A stretch of 63,008 bases of DNA, the filler included, from Octopus bimaculoides (Eukaryota), in NCBI RefSeq assembly GCF_001194135.2. It is 5 parts of 4 records of this genome, joined end to end, with 100 filler letters (N's around TTAATTAATTAA, not from the genome) between each part and the next. Parts side by side here need not be neighbours in the genome. Positions count along the whole stretch, not along the records: positions 1 to 27,715 come from NC_068986.1; 4 more parts are not named here. The stretch is one strand, 5' to 3'. A program made the translations under genes and the position numbers. The notes under the pieces are model-generated. The model was given only the letters and a program-made list of their open reading frames with translations, was not told the origin of the DNA and made no database searches. Shown here one piece after another: positions 1-14,400 of the stretch. Numbering within the stretch: the stretch's first letter is position 1; the number at the start of each line of letters is the position of its first letter.

Positions 1-318
1 TCTACTATAGCCTCGGGCCGACCAAAGCCTTGTGAGTGGATTTGGTAGACGGAAACTGAAAGAAGCCCGTCGTATATATGTATATATATATGTATGTGTG
101 TGTGTATGTTTGTATGTGTGTGTTTGTCCCCCCAACATCGCTTGACAACCGATGCTGGTGTGTTTATGTCCCCGTAACTTAGCGGTTCGGCAAAAGGGAT
201 CGATAGAATAAGTACTAGGCTTCTAAAGAATAAGTCCTGGGGTCGATTTGCTCGACTAAAAGGCGGTGCTCCAGCATGGCCACAGTCAAAAGACTGAAAC
301 AAGTAAAAGAGTAAAAGA
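1..318 (+). mobile_element. Composite SINE-like retroposon, family A (5'-truncated at window start)
   Basis: Near-identical blocks recur at 8120-8503, 33454-34182 and 41796-42049 (minus) and 31826-32020, 35770-35893, 46920-47120 (plus, 3' part). Internal (TA/TG)n tract and a GTAAAAGA tail. Confidence 0.85.
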
Positions 319-2099
319 GATATAGATATATACTATATATATATATATATGTATGTATGTATGTATGTAGTTATGTACGAAACAGAAATTCACACTCTGA
401 GACATCGTTTCTTTTATTCGGTTTTCTATTTTGACTTTCTTGCTTATGTTGTTGCTTATGGTTGCTCTTGTTGTTGCTGTTAACTTTTAGGAAATATTCT
501 TGAGCTGGTAATAAACGTGAAGTTATGGTTACAGTATTATGTTATTGGTTCATGTACATCTGCTCTATGTAGTTTAGTGTCTGTCCCATTGCAAGGCACT
601 TTGTAAAAGTAACTTCTGACGCCTTGAATCGATCAAAGCCTTGTGAATTCAACCAGAGTTAACATCACCAATATAACTCTAGGTGCAGTGGACATTCTGT
701 TCCAATCATAGGGACCAAATCTCCGATCGGATTATATTTGCCTTCATTTGTTTCTCTGGTTTCAGGTGTTCTGAAAACAAGGCCACGAATATTACCTTTT
801 GTTCTCCGAGAAACTGTTAAAATATTCAATGCAACCGAATAGTCACATAATCACATTTTGTTCTCTATAAATTTATGTCTTTACGCCTATGAACCAAATA
901 AAACTAATAAGTATTTCAAACGTCTGTGGCATACAACGTAAGGATGATTTTCGGGACGAATCAGTCAAAGACTCAGCAATTCAGTTTCCCCAACTATCAG
1001 TCAATAATTTCGCCATGGCGTTAATAACTTTGAAGAACCTTTCTGAATAACATAAAGCTTTTTTGCAAATTTTGTTATTGCACTTAGTTAAGAATTTTGT
1101 TCTTCGTAATCCCTAATACTCACAACAGTGAGTCAAAACCATGAATTAACCCAAATTACGTGGCGTATAAATCACTGATATTGCAACACACAGACCAGGA
1201 CGCCGGTCCATTGCAGGATTAACTTTGCAGCTATATTACTGGAATTCATTTACAGCTGAATGAACTAGAACAAAGTGAAATGAAGTACCTTGTTCAATAA
1301 CACAACATGCCACCCGGTCCGGGATTCGAAACCATGATCTTCCAACAATGTGTACAGTAACCTAAGTAACCTAAGAAGTAATTTACGTAATATTACATAT
1401 GTAATTGATAACGTTCAATGTACAACTGTTAAACTTCAGGAAAGTCGAAACTACAACAAAACTTCCATTTCCATTCAATGACAAGTTCATTTATGCTGTT
1501 AAATTACTTGAGAAAAGAGTGACTTTGTCTCCTTGAATTATTGACCTTGAATATAGAGTCTCTTATGGCTAATTAAGTGGATACTCATATTCTATATACT
1601 CTAACAATTGACGAGCTGGTAGAAATGAAACGCGCGGAACTAAACGACCTATGTTATTTAATCTTGTCTTAGAACGAACTTAGCTTAAATTTTGTCAGAG
1701 CTGCTTATTGCCTCTAGCTGTCATCCGTCCGATTTCAATAAATTATCGTGAATAAAATGATATCAACTTCAGTGTCTCAAGGACTTCATCTACTTCCAGA
1801 TAATAATTAGTATTTTAAGCGATGAAAATAAATTTTATGTATTCTAAACTGATCTCCCATTTTCAAGGCGCAGTAATAAATCTACGTCGAACCGAGAAAG
1901 CAAATCGATTTCCGTTCTTTGTTGAAACTACTTGATGACAGTTATCAGTATCCTTCGTCGTATCTTTTCTTCTATTATAGATTACTGCTTTTATAGTGTT
2001 ACAGGAAGGCAGTTCATTTTCAGTATTAAACTCTGTCAAGCAGATTATGTAATTATTCTCATGGAGTATTTGGGTGAGGCAATTACTTTCATTATAGTT

Positions 2100-2580
2100 A
2101 AATTATTTTAATGCTCTTGCGTTACCAAAGACACTGGTTGGCATTGCATTAGAGCATTGCTCGGGCAGTTCCTTTACAATCAAAGTACTTCTCAGTTTAT
2201 ATTTCTCTGTTTCAGCTCGTGGAACTCCATTAATGACTTCCTGAGTGATATTGTTTTAACGTGGTCTTACTTTGAAACACTCGGATAGTGACGACAATTT
2301 TATATATATCATAGAGTTGGTTCATTCTGATATCCTTGTTAGAAACCAGCTGAAGACCATCTTTTCATTTTTCTGATTCCTGAAAGGAAAATAACCTTTT
2401 AGTTTTACATCTTCCTACATCACTTAGTGCATACGGTGATGTCTTTATGTCCCACTGCCGTTGCCCATCTTTCACCTGTTCGCCTCATTTCACTTACGCT
2501 CAAGATGTCCAACTTTCTAAACAGAGTTGGTGCAGAGTTCAGCGTTCTTGCATTCCATGTTCTAATTCCGTTGTGGCTTC
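2100..2580 (-). mobile_element. Decayed LINE apurinic-type endonuclease fragment (RTE-like)
   Basis: Minus translation TWNARTLNSAPTLFRKLDILSVSEMRRTG fits the LINE APE start TWNVRTL...DIxxxSExR. Stops and frameshifts downstream. Confidence 0.6.
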
Positions 2581-2999
2581 ATATAATTCTGAAGTTTATA
2601 CAATTAATGTTAATTTGCACATCCAGCGTAGCTTGGATGTGTTGTTTTCAACGCCGTAGACTTCGATAATCGTTCTGAGAAATTATCTGATATACAACAG
2701 TCCCATTTCTTAGACCCAGAGCTCAACTGATACTTATTCATATAGAATCCGAAATGATGAAAGATAAAGTCAACTTTGGTGGGATTTAAGTTCAAAGTGT
2801 AAAATACCTGAATAAATGCGGCTAAGCACTGTGTCCAACCCGCTGACTTTTGCCAGTCTACCATCCTGCTATTTCTTTATATATAATAATATTAATAATC
2901 ATTATATATTCTACTAAATCAGAGATGAGCGAAAATCGCGGTATCTATGTCTATTCACAATTACATAGCCCCTATATGTTACATATTGATTTCATATAT

Positions 3000-3150
3000 T
3001 GGCACAAGGCCAGCAATTTCATGGGTAGGGTGGGGTGGGAGGTTAGTCGATTACATCGACCCCAGTATTCAACTGGTAATCTTATCGAACCCGAAAGGAT
3101 GGAAGATAAAGTCAACCTCGGCAGAATTTGAACTCGGAACGCAAGCTCTT
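3000..3150 (-). mobile_element. SINE family D fragment
   Basis: Reverse complement of the core GAGTTCAAATTCCGCCGAGGTCGACTTTGCCTTTCATCCTTTCGGGGTCGATAA seen at 61460-61780. Further copies near 2720-2850, 18420-18550, 26750-26930, 34370-34520 and 37390-37730. Confidence 0.75.
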
Positions 3151-3968
3151 ATGAGCTGGTGAGCAACGGATGGTTTTCCTTTCTTACTAGAATTCATACA
3201 CTAAGTTGGGTTCACCTAATCACAACACTATCTCATAAACTGTTTGCAGTTTGATTTATCACAACTTTTAATGTCTTTTCGTTACATGTTGTAATGCACA
3301 ATTCCATTTACAAAATCTGTATTATTTGATTAAATAACGTGCATCTTACGTTTGCAAAATAAATTATACGTGTTACTAATTATATTAATTTTTTAATTAA
3401 AGTTAACCAATAAATAAAAAAAAACTAAATTCATCTTAATTGTAAAATTTTTCTATATTTATATCACTTTGTCAAGCTTTCTCAAGAAAATAAGCTTTGA
3501 AGATGTTTGTTTTTAGTTTTGTTTCTTTTCTAAGAATGTAAAAGTTGTATTATCATCAAAATTCTAGCTTGATACATCATTTAACATGATAAATATAAAA
3601 ATTGTATGGTGTATTTCTGAAATTTCAAAATACAAGGATCTTCATTCTTTTATCAGAAGCAGAAATTCAGTGTGTGTAAGTGTGTATGCGATCTGTGTGG
3701 CACATGTGTGCGCGCACGCGCTGAGATGATTTTGTGCAAGTGAGTGCTCATTTTTGTCATTTTCAGTTTGTTTTGGGGTTTCTTTTGTAACATACTGCCT
3801 ACTATCCTGAGTCTTTATTTGTGGTTATATGAATTATATATACATATTTGTTTTTATATATATACCTACACACACACACACACACACGAACAGACACATA
3901 TATATATTTACAGACAAATATATACATAAACATATATATATGCATATATATATATATATGCATATATG

Positions 3969-4001
<33 letters not shown>

Positions 4002-4083
4002 GTATATATATATATACATATATATATGTATATATATGTACATATATATATGTATATATATATATATGTATATATATATATAC

Positions 4084-4114
<31 letters not shown>

Positions 4115-5420
4115 NNNNNNNNNNNNNNNNNNNNNNNATATATGTATATATATATATACTTGCATATTTACATATTATATAGATAGATAGATAATAAATA
4201 CATACACACATACACACATAATACATACATATATGCATACATATACGTGTGTGTGTGTGTTTACACACACACACACCAACAAATATACAGGAATATGTAT
4301 GTTTGCGCATTCGTTTCTCTAAAAACATAAATTTTCAAGCTCCTTTCAATAATTGACAATTCCTTTCTCTATCAAATCCAGTTTTTTTTTTTTCTTCAGT
4401 ACTTTTCACTCGTGCTGTGTGTCTTTTCTGCCATTTTAAGAACATTTTCCTGTCATTTTCCCGCTCTCTTTATTTTCTTCCATTTAAGCTGTTTCAGTTC
4501 TTTACAGTAATTATCCCTATTGTCAATCATATTTATGTCTTCTTGTGTAGCTTCAATACCTTTCCTTTCTTTCAATGTCTTTTTTCATTTCTTTAAATCC
4601 CTCACGCCATATTGTTCATTTTAGTTGTTTTCCTGTTTAATATCCTTTTAAATCTCCTTCACTTGTTTTCATTCGCTTTAAAATGCTTCTCATTTAGATA
4701 TTTTCCCTCTCTTTCTGTTCATCACATTTCATTTTAGCTTCTTTCTGCAGCATTCATTTCTCTTCATTTCAAGTCATTTTGGAAGGAGTTTATTCAGTGA
4801 GCTTCATATATTTTAATTCAATTTTAATACATTTTCATGTGTATTCTTGTTTTTTTTTTTTGTTTTTGTAGTTGTTATTGTTTTGGCAGGGTTAGTCACT
4901 TAACTGTTTTTTCACTTATTTTCATTCGATTTCACTCCTCTTGAGCTCTTCTTCGTCATTTGAACTCGTTTCTTTGTTTTACTATCCTCTGAATATTGTT
5001 GATCGTTCTTGAGCTTTTTTTAAGCATCGTGCTTCTGTAACTGTTTATCAGAAAATGACTACGTTGTAGCAACGCTGATGTAAATGCCGGGCAAGATGTA
5101 TAAGCAATTTCTGTATCACTTATAGAGTCAACCCTTCCAAGTGTGTATATTATCAAACTAACAATGACATTACTGGGATTCAAAAGCACTTTGTCTCTAT
5201 AAAAATTCATGTAGGTTACACACCAAGTAGTTTCAAAATTATCTGTGATAACAGTAAAAGTTATATGAAGGGATACACCAGATCCCCTTTCCAATGTAAA
5301 AGAATCCTAATGATAGCCTGCAATTCATACTTCTTTACATGGAATTTTAGTATGAAATTTCACTTCTGAGAGACACAGCATCAACAGTGCTTTACACAAT
5401 ATATGTAGATGTTTGTTTGA

Positions 5421-5556
<136 letters not shown>

Positions 5557-6073
5557 CCATTTATGTATATACAGAAAACTCAGTGGGATTCCTTCGAGAT
5601 ATAAAAGCTTTAGGAAATATATTACACTTAAAACGATGTTTCCTTCAGTTTTACCGTCTCGAACCGTAACCACATGTCAATACTAGTCTTCGGAATTCAA
5701 TTATTATAGCACCAATGCAGCTCTCAGTACAATCATTTTTCAAATGAATGCTACTGCCGGACGATGTCCCATAGGGTTGTCAGGGAAGTTTACAGTCTAG
5801 CTTCTAATTAGGTATAGACTCATATTTGTATTGCATGATTTATTTCATATGTTCATTTCTGTAACATATATATCATGTAATCATATAGATGTTATAAATT
5901 TCCTAAGTTATTTATTCAGTTCTTTCCGTCATATAGTGAGGATATGTATCCATTACGCCATGTGTGTGTGTGTGTGTGTTTGTATGTGTGTACGTATGTA
6001 TGCATTTATAAGAGTAAATATACATATATAAAAGAATAGAAAATAAAAGAATACATGTATGTGTGTGTATATG

Positions 6074-6138
<65 letters not shown>

Positions 6139-8119
6139 GTACACACATGTATACGGATCTTTATAGAAATATATGTGTGTATGTGTGAGACAGAGAATTG
6201 AAAATATTTGATATATCTAAAGGAAATATTTCACTTAATTTTGTTTTTTTAGGTTTTCTAAAATGATTACAATTCATTTATTGCAAAGAAACCTTAACCA
6301 CTTTTTCAATATTACATATATACAAACGTCTGGGTGCGTGGTGTGTATATATAAGTAACTTTAATTTCCAAACGTGATTGATCATCCAATACTATGTTCA
6401 CATGAACTCAAATCCAATAAGGAGAATTAGCCTTTTGATTAAGAAGTTCTCTTCGTAATCCTGTGGGTCAGAGTTCTCTCTAACTGCATAACATCTTCAA
6501 CGAATGTCTGTTAACATATTTTCACGTCGACTGAAACCTAGGGAGCGAAACTGGAGAAATCGAAACTATGCGAGTCATCAGATGGACTGTACCTGTTTTG
6601 ACAATGATAGACAATACATTGCACTGTCTAGCGCCACCACTGGAAGCTTGAATGTCTTAATCGAAGCCCATTGTATTACAAGCATTAGGATTAGGTCCCC
6701 TGTCTGACGACAACTCGATATTTTCATCCGCTGCTTCCAGTTATATTTTCTTTCTTCTTTACTATCAGCTCCAGTTTTAGAAACACAGCAAATTTAATAC
6801 AGGCATCGCAATTTCTTCTGTAACTCAAATCCATAACAAATATCTCTTTGTACGTTAGAAGGTCATTGCTTGCTCCAACACAAAAAACTGAAAAAGAAAG
6901 AACTTACGGCGAGTCAATAAAACTCGAAAGAGAGATACGATGAATCAATACGTAGTCCTTCAACCCACCTTGGTTACAAATAACATTTTATAAAGCTGAA
7001 GAACAAGAGTTATTATTGCAGCTGCAGGCGGTTTTTTCTTCAAAATTAACTCTCAGATATTTTCTATTATGTATAGAGATTCTCGATTATGATGATGATG
7101 ATGAGGTGAGGTGGAGGAGGAAGTCATTGTGAATAAAAATGACGATGGTTTTGTGATAGTGGACAAGAGTAAAATAAAGGAAGTAACATTATTTATGGGT
7201 CACATTTACTATTCTTTCAATCTAATACCGGTACACCAAAACTAGTGCAAAATTGTCAAATTGGAATATAGCCAATTCATATGTGCATGTGTAAAAGCGT
7301 GTTTAAATTTATATTTTCTTGGAGAAGTTCTCCATTACTGAGATATTGATATATTTATTATTGGCTGTGAATTCCATATTTTGCGACCATGAGATCCATA
7401 AAAATAATTTTATAGTGTCTGTTGCTAAATGATACGGGATTATAGACGAATGGGTGTTTTTTAGAACTGATAGTAATAAACAGATTTAGAAGAGATCGAA
7501 GTATTTTTTCATTCATATATAGGTTTGATACCAAATTTATTTCTGTAAGTATATGAGCTCTTCTTTTGTTGTTGCTGCTACTGTCGTCGTCGTCGGAGTT
7601 GTTGTTAAGTTTTGTTTAATTCCTAATCAGCTCTCATTGAATGAATAGGTCTGTGTTCAATGGAGATCCAAGTGTAACTATTAATCTATTCATTACTATA
7701 TTGACCAATATACCCTAATCTTCGAGAAGGATATTTGACTGTTATATATAGGAATTGAGGCAGCGACAATGTAACCCTACAGAAGTGGCGAAATTGCAGA
7801 GTCGTTAGAGCGTCGAATAGAATGTCTGGTGTTATTTGCTTCGAGTCTCCAGGTTCTGAGTTTCAATCCCACCCATATCAGTTTTACCTTCCATATTGTA
7901 GGGGCACACGAAATAAGTATCAATCCAAAGCAGTGAATTAGCAGAATTATAAGAACATGGGACCAGGATCTGTTTCGATATCTGTTTCGCTTGCGTTCTG
8001 AGTTCCAATTCCGACGTAGTAGTCATTGCTTGTCTCCCTGTTTAATGATACTACTTGGCTCTTGGATTGTCTTTAGCAGAATCCACTCTGTCATAAGCAT
8101 TTCGGTAAGGGCTACGATT

Positions 8120-8503
8120 ATTGTCTTTCACTTGTTTCAGTCATCACACTTGAAGAAATTTAGTCGAACAAAACAACCCCAGTGCTTATATTTGTCAAAG
8201 CCTGATACTTCTTCAGTCAGTCACCTTTACCGAACCACTAATTCTCGAGGAAATAAACACACTAATACCGTTTGTCAAGTGGTAGTGGTGGGCAGGGTGA
8301 ATACAGACACAAAGACACACACATAAATATATACGTATACATACGACAGGCTTCTTTCAGTTTCCGTCATTTAAATCCACTCACAAGCCTTTGGTCAATC
8401 CAAAGCTATAATAGAAGACACCTCTGTCCAAGGTACCACGCTGTGAGATTGAACCCGGAACCATATGGTTGGGAAGTAAACTTCTTTCCACACAGCCACG
8501 GCT
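8120..8503 (-). mobile_element. SINE family A, older diverged copy
   Basis: Colinear with the 1-318 element on the opposite strand, including the GGCTGTGTGG...GGTTC head. Confidence 0.75.
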
Positions 8504-9029
8504 GCACTTGGCGAAGACATTTTCCTCCTTGCCTCCAGTATTAGACAAATCGTAAAAGCGGGATTAGCATTGCTTCTCTTATGACTGCAGGATACACAAT
8601 TTTGTTACAATATCGGATAAAATAAAACGACTAGATGAAGAACACAACTGGATCGTATTGATGATTGATCAGTTTCAATTCGACTAATCAGGGTTTTTCA
8701 TAACGCGTGTATTTTGACAACGGTCGGGGTTCACTCGAAATAATTCGAAACTCCAGAATCAGCATGCAGTTGCAAATTGAAAGTTTAATCAGTTCTTAGA
8801 AATGAAATGATAAATTTAAGTCTTTATGACCTGTACATTACGTATGGCGCTAGTAAAAATCTTGTTTACTATAATCGCAGTCAGTTTTCTAGTATGACAT
8901 ATTAGGGTGTGACGAAATCAGATAATTCTGTGAAAGAAATATTTTAAATCAGATCTACACCTTAACAATGACGCAAACAAAAAAATATGTACTCCGCGAA
9001 ATATATATACATATACATATACATATACG

Positions 9030-9086
<57 letters not shown>

Positions 9087-9514
9087 ATATATACATACAT
9101 ATACATATATNNNNNNNNNNNNNNNNNNNNNNNNNNNNNNNNNNNNNNNNNNNNNNNNNNNNNNNNNNNNNNNNNNNNNNNNNNNNNNNNNNNNNNNNNN
9201 NNNNNNNNNNNNNNNNNNNNNNNNNNNNNNNNNNNNNNNNNNNNNNNNNNNNNNNNNNNNNNNNNNNNNNNNNNNNNNNNNNNNNNNNNNNNNNNNNNNN
9301 NNNNNNNNNNNNNNNNNNNNNNNNNNNNNNNNNNNNNNNNNNNNNNNNNNNNNNNNNNNNNNNNNNNNNNNNNNNNNNNNNNNNNNNNNNNNNNNNNNNN
9401 NNNNNNNNNNNNNNNNNNNNNNNNNNNNNNNNNNNNNNNNNNNNNNNNNNNTATATATATAATGCTCGTACATATATATAATGCTCGTACATATATATAT
9501 AAATATACATAGTT

Positions 9515-9718
9515 AAGTTTATTTGCCTAGATAATGTGGCAGCAGTCCTATACAGAGACGATGTTACTGTTGCTTAGCCCCAGGAAAACATCTTTTCCAG
9601 TTGACTATCAGCACGCATATTATGCCCGTAGCCAACTGGAAGAGATATTTTCCTGGGGCTACATAACGGTAACATCATCTTTGCGTAGGACTGCCACATT
9701 ATGTTGGCAAATAAACTT
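9515..9718. repeat. Long imperfect inverted repeat (foldback, ~90-bp arms)
   Basis: 9515-9607 matches the reverse complement of 9629-9718 with about 13 substitutions and one 3-nt indel. Confidence 0.9.
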
Positions 9719-10276
9719 TACGATTCGGTACTGTTACTGTATGTCCCTCGCTCATAGATTTATAATAAATATATATAAATTCTCACATATATCTGAGTAA
9801 TAATCTACTGGTCGGTTCGCCCGTTATAGTCAGTTACAGAGGTGGAGATGGGGTGTGAGAGGTAGGGTAAAAATGTGGGAGATTGGGGTGGAGTTTGAGT
9901 AGGTAAAAGTAGAGAAAGGTGTATAATAAGGCTAGATGCGTCACGTGGTTATTTGAAGGGAAAGGTGAAGAACGAGAGGAAAAGATGGTGAAAGAACAGA
10001 GGGAGAGAGAAAAGAGAAGAGAGAAATTTTAACGACGTGCTGTATGGTAGGGAGGGAAAGGTAAAGAGAGATATGTTTATAATACAATATTTAGCAGAGG
10101 GTGATGTTCTGATGGTGAGGTTAAAGAAAGGCAGAAAGAGAGAGATGGACAGAAGAGACAGTTATATCAAGAGTGAGAGAGAGAGAGGCAGATAATGTTT
10201 GCATTACTCTTTACTCCTTTTTACACAGACACAAGCACACATACACACATACACACACATACATACATATACACAC

Positions 10277-10342
<66 letters not shown>

Positions 10343-10346
<4 letters not shown>

Positions 10347-10462
10347 ACGACAGGCTTTGGTCGGCTCGAGGCTATAGTCGAAGACACTTGCCCAAGATGC
10401 CACGCAGTGGGACTGAACTCGGAACCATGTGGTTGGGAAGCAAGCTTCTTACCACACAGCCA
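10343..10462 (-). mobile_element. SINE family A, 5' portion
   Basis: Matches the 5' part of the 41880-42049 copy. Confidence 0.8.
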
Positions 10463-11026
10463 CGCTTGTGCCTTTCTTTAAGATCATATAATAACATATA
10501 ATATATACTGTGACTGGAAGTGAAATAAGTTAACAAAATAAGAATAAAAATGCAGGTTACCCTTTCCTTTTATGTTTAAAATCACATGCAGATGTACTCC
10601 GGCTTGCAGTTTCACGATCCACTCACCGTTCCGGATCCAACGTAACGAAGGTTCCAGGTATGACGTAAGATAAGTAAGACTATAAATGGGTTGAGATTCA
10701 CTACAGCTCTTTCAGGTGCGTTTCAATGAATGAACAAATCAATGACATTATGGAAAATCCTGTTTTTCTTCAGGTGAATTCAAACTTAAATCTAAAATGT
10801 AACATTTGAGAGGCTTTATATATCTACTCTATGGATCACCAGCGAGATGGGGGAGTCAATATACATTCATTATCAGCCAATTTTTAAATGTTAAATCTTA
10901 GATTTGAATTTCAAGCTGAAGAAAACGGTCCTCTTAATGATGTAGTTGATGTCTTTATAAATAAAAAAAAGTCTCTCAAACAGATGTAGAGAAACTCAAA
11001 CCATCTGTGTTGTTATATCTGTCTAG

Positions 11027-11092
<66 letters not shown>

Positions 11093-11256
11093 NNNNNNNN
11101 NNNNNNNNNNNNNNNNNNNNNNNNNNNNNNNNNNNNNNNNNNNNNNNNNNNNNNNNNNNNNNNNNNNNNNNNNNNNNNNNNNNNNNNNNNNNNNNNNNNN
11201 NNNNNNNNNNNNNNNNNNNNNNNNNNNNNNNNNNNNNNNNNNNNNNNNNNNNNNNN

Positions 11257-11300
<44 letters not shown>

Positions 11301-11390
11301 AACTAGCGAGCATATATATGAGTATATCATATAACATATATATAAATATGTGTATATGTATACATATATATATAAATGCATGTATATTTT

Positions 11391-11454
<64 letters not shown>

Positions 11455-14400
11455 TGTATCATTAAATGTATAAAAGGTAACAGGACTGTGCTGATGTTTA
11501 CGGGCATGGTATTTTAGTCATCGTCTTTTTTTTTTCTTAATTAACTGTCATATTATAATAAACTGTTTACATTAAGAAATGCCTATGGGCCCAGACGTTT
11601 CATAATGGAAATAAGGTTCAGTAGTAATGATGTTATAACTAAACTTCAACATCCAAGTTAGATCACATATATATATAAATATATGTAATACATATGTAAA
11701 CAGTAACGCACATATTTGTATACTTATAATATATATTTATAAATGGATATATGTATATTAAGTTATACATACATACAAGCATACGTACATGCATACATAC
11801 ACGCACAACCACGTACACTCGTACACACTCGTATACATATATGTACTAAAACACAGCGTGCATTAGAAATGAAAGATAACTTAAGTTACGGTTTTAAAGC
11901 TTTCATTATAAAATACTAAACAGATGTAAATACATTTCGTTATTCCCTTCGTATGAAAACATGAAGAGAGTTGTCCTGAAATGTTTCAAGGCTCGTTGGC
12001 TATTTATTTACGGAGAAGAAAATGCGTGTACATGTATAGTAGTCAGCTACCCTAATCCTTCAGTTTCTATATCCAGATAAGAAATTCATATTTATATTTA
12101 TAATATTTTGTTTGCGTAGTTTTGTGAGTAAATACTTAAGTGAGCCTTTGGAAAAGTTAGTGTTTTCAGATAAAGAGAAATTTATTAAATAGGTAACACT
12201 CACGTTATGCACACAATCTGAAACGGAAGAGTAAATGTATTCATTTTTTCTGAAGGTTTAAATGTTATATTATTTTTTTCTTCNNNNNNNNNNNNNNNNN
12301 NNNNNNNNNNNNNNNNNNNNNNNNNNNNNNNNNNNNNNNNNNNNNNNNNNNNNNNNNNNNNNNNNNNNNNNNNNNNNNNNNNNNNNNNNNNNNNNNNNNN
12401 NNNNNNNNNNNNNNNNNNNNNNNNNNNNNNNNNNNNNNNNNNNNNNNNNNNNNNNNNNNNNNNNNNNNNNNNNNNNNNNNNNNNNNNNNNNNNNNNNNNN
12501 NNNNNNNNNNNNNNNNNNNNNNNNNNNNNNNNNNNNNNNNNNNNNNNNNNNNNNNNNNNNNNNNNNNNNNNNNNNNNNNNNNNNNNNNNNNNNNNNNNNN
12601 NNNNNNNNNNNNNNNNNNNNNNNNNNNNNNNNNNNNNNNNNNNNNNNNNNNNNNNNNNNNNNNNNNNNNNNNNNNNNNNNNNNNNNNNNNNNNNNNNNNN
12701 NNNNNNNNNNNNNNNNNNNNNNNNNNNNNNNNNNNNNNNNNNNNNNNNNNNNNNNNNNNNNNNNNNNNNNNNNNNNNNNNNNNNNNNNNNNNNNNNNNNN
12801 NNNNNNNNNNNNNNNNNNNNNNNNNNNNNNNNNNNNNNNNNNNNNNNNNNNNNNNNNNNNNNNNNNNNNNNNNNNNNNNNNNNNNNNNNNNNNNNNNNNN
12901 NNNNNNNNNNNNNNNNNNNNNNNNNNNNNNNNNNNNNNNNNNNNNNNNNNNNNNNNNNNNNNNNNNNNNNNNNNNNNNNNNNNNNNNNNNNNNNNNNNNN
13001 NNNNNNNNNNNNNNNNNNNNNNNNNNNNNNNNNNNNNNNNNNNNNNNNNNNNNNNNNNNNNNNNNNNNNNNNNNNNNNNNNNNNNNNNNNNNNNNNNNNN
13101 NNNNNNNNNNNNNNNNNNNNNNNNNNNNNNNNNNNNNNNNNNNNNNNNNNNNNNNNNNNNNNNNNNNNNNNNNNNNNNNNNNNNNNNNNNNNNNNNNNNN
13201 NNNNNNNNNNNNNNNNNNNNNNNTATACATACATATATGCATTCATGCATATACCTTGCTTATGTGGGGATGTGGATTGCTGTAAGATAGAGATGAGAAA
13301 ATTGAAAATTTGATGTATGAAAACTGACAAAAGAGAAATTGTAGCAGAAATGGTTACCGCATATACAGAAGTCGTTTACAACAGCAAATATATGTAATTA
13401 CAACTAGACAAAATATGGCTTCCTAAGCCCCAAAAATGTACTACAAAGAAGAGGGAGACCAATGGCAGGCAAATGCTACACTTTTGAAAGCACTTTTACT
13501 CTGCATCTCCTCCAAATACTTGCACATTGACTTGATAAATATTTAAAAGCCAACAGAAAATTCGATAATGTGTCAGACATCCACAAGAATATAAGAGGAA
13601 CAACATCGAATTTACTGGAGGGTTCAAACATTATTCCAGCTTTGACAGTTAAAATATTCATGGAACGAACCAGAAGGAGAATGAGAACCTCCGCTGCATA
13701 ATTATACACGAGCTACAAAAATAAACACATCACTTGGAAACAAAGGAAGTTTTCATTTAAATCAGTTATTTAAGTAAAATGTTGTCGTTAGTTAAAATAA
13801 GTGTAGAAAATAGTTTTATAGAAACTGACAGGATTTAAATCAGGGAAGGGTGAAATTGAATCAGAAAGTATTCAATATTAAACTGTTGAGGTGAAGATAA
13901 ATCTAGCATCAACTTGTTCCTGTTGGAAGTTCTACAACTTTGTTGGCTTAAAAATGATTTTGATCGTGCCATATACAAAAGGTTGCAGAAAGTAATGATA
14001 ATCTGTAATATTGATTTCTTACAGAAGCACAATAGTTCAAATTTAAAGGATGGGTATATTCGATTATATTCGATTATATATCGACAATAATATTGACAAT
14101 ACTCTCAATCACGTTATCTAGTTAGATTATGTCTTCCTTCACTAACGATGGTAAATCGTATTAAAAATAATCAGGCCTGCATATACTCGCTGAAACCAAA
14201 TTGGAAAAACCCAGACGAAATGAATGATATGTTTATAAACGTGTGTATGTGTATAAAGGTGTAATTGTGTGTATCCGTTCTCATACATATGGACAGCCAA
14301 TCGTACCTTGTATAAACATGAACACTGCATAATTATAAATGATGTTGATTTCTATTACATGATGAAATAAGACGCCATTTTGCTTTTACAATAGCTTATT

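Noticed and set aside
6560-6600. Second hammerhead motif (CTGATGA on the minus strand)
   Set aside because: No stem II and no GAAA box after it.
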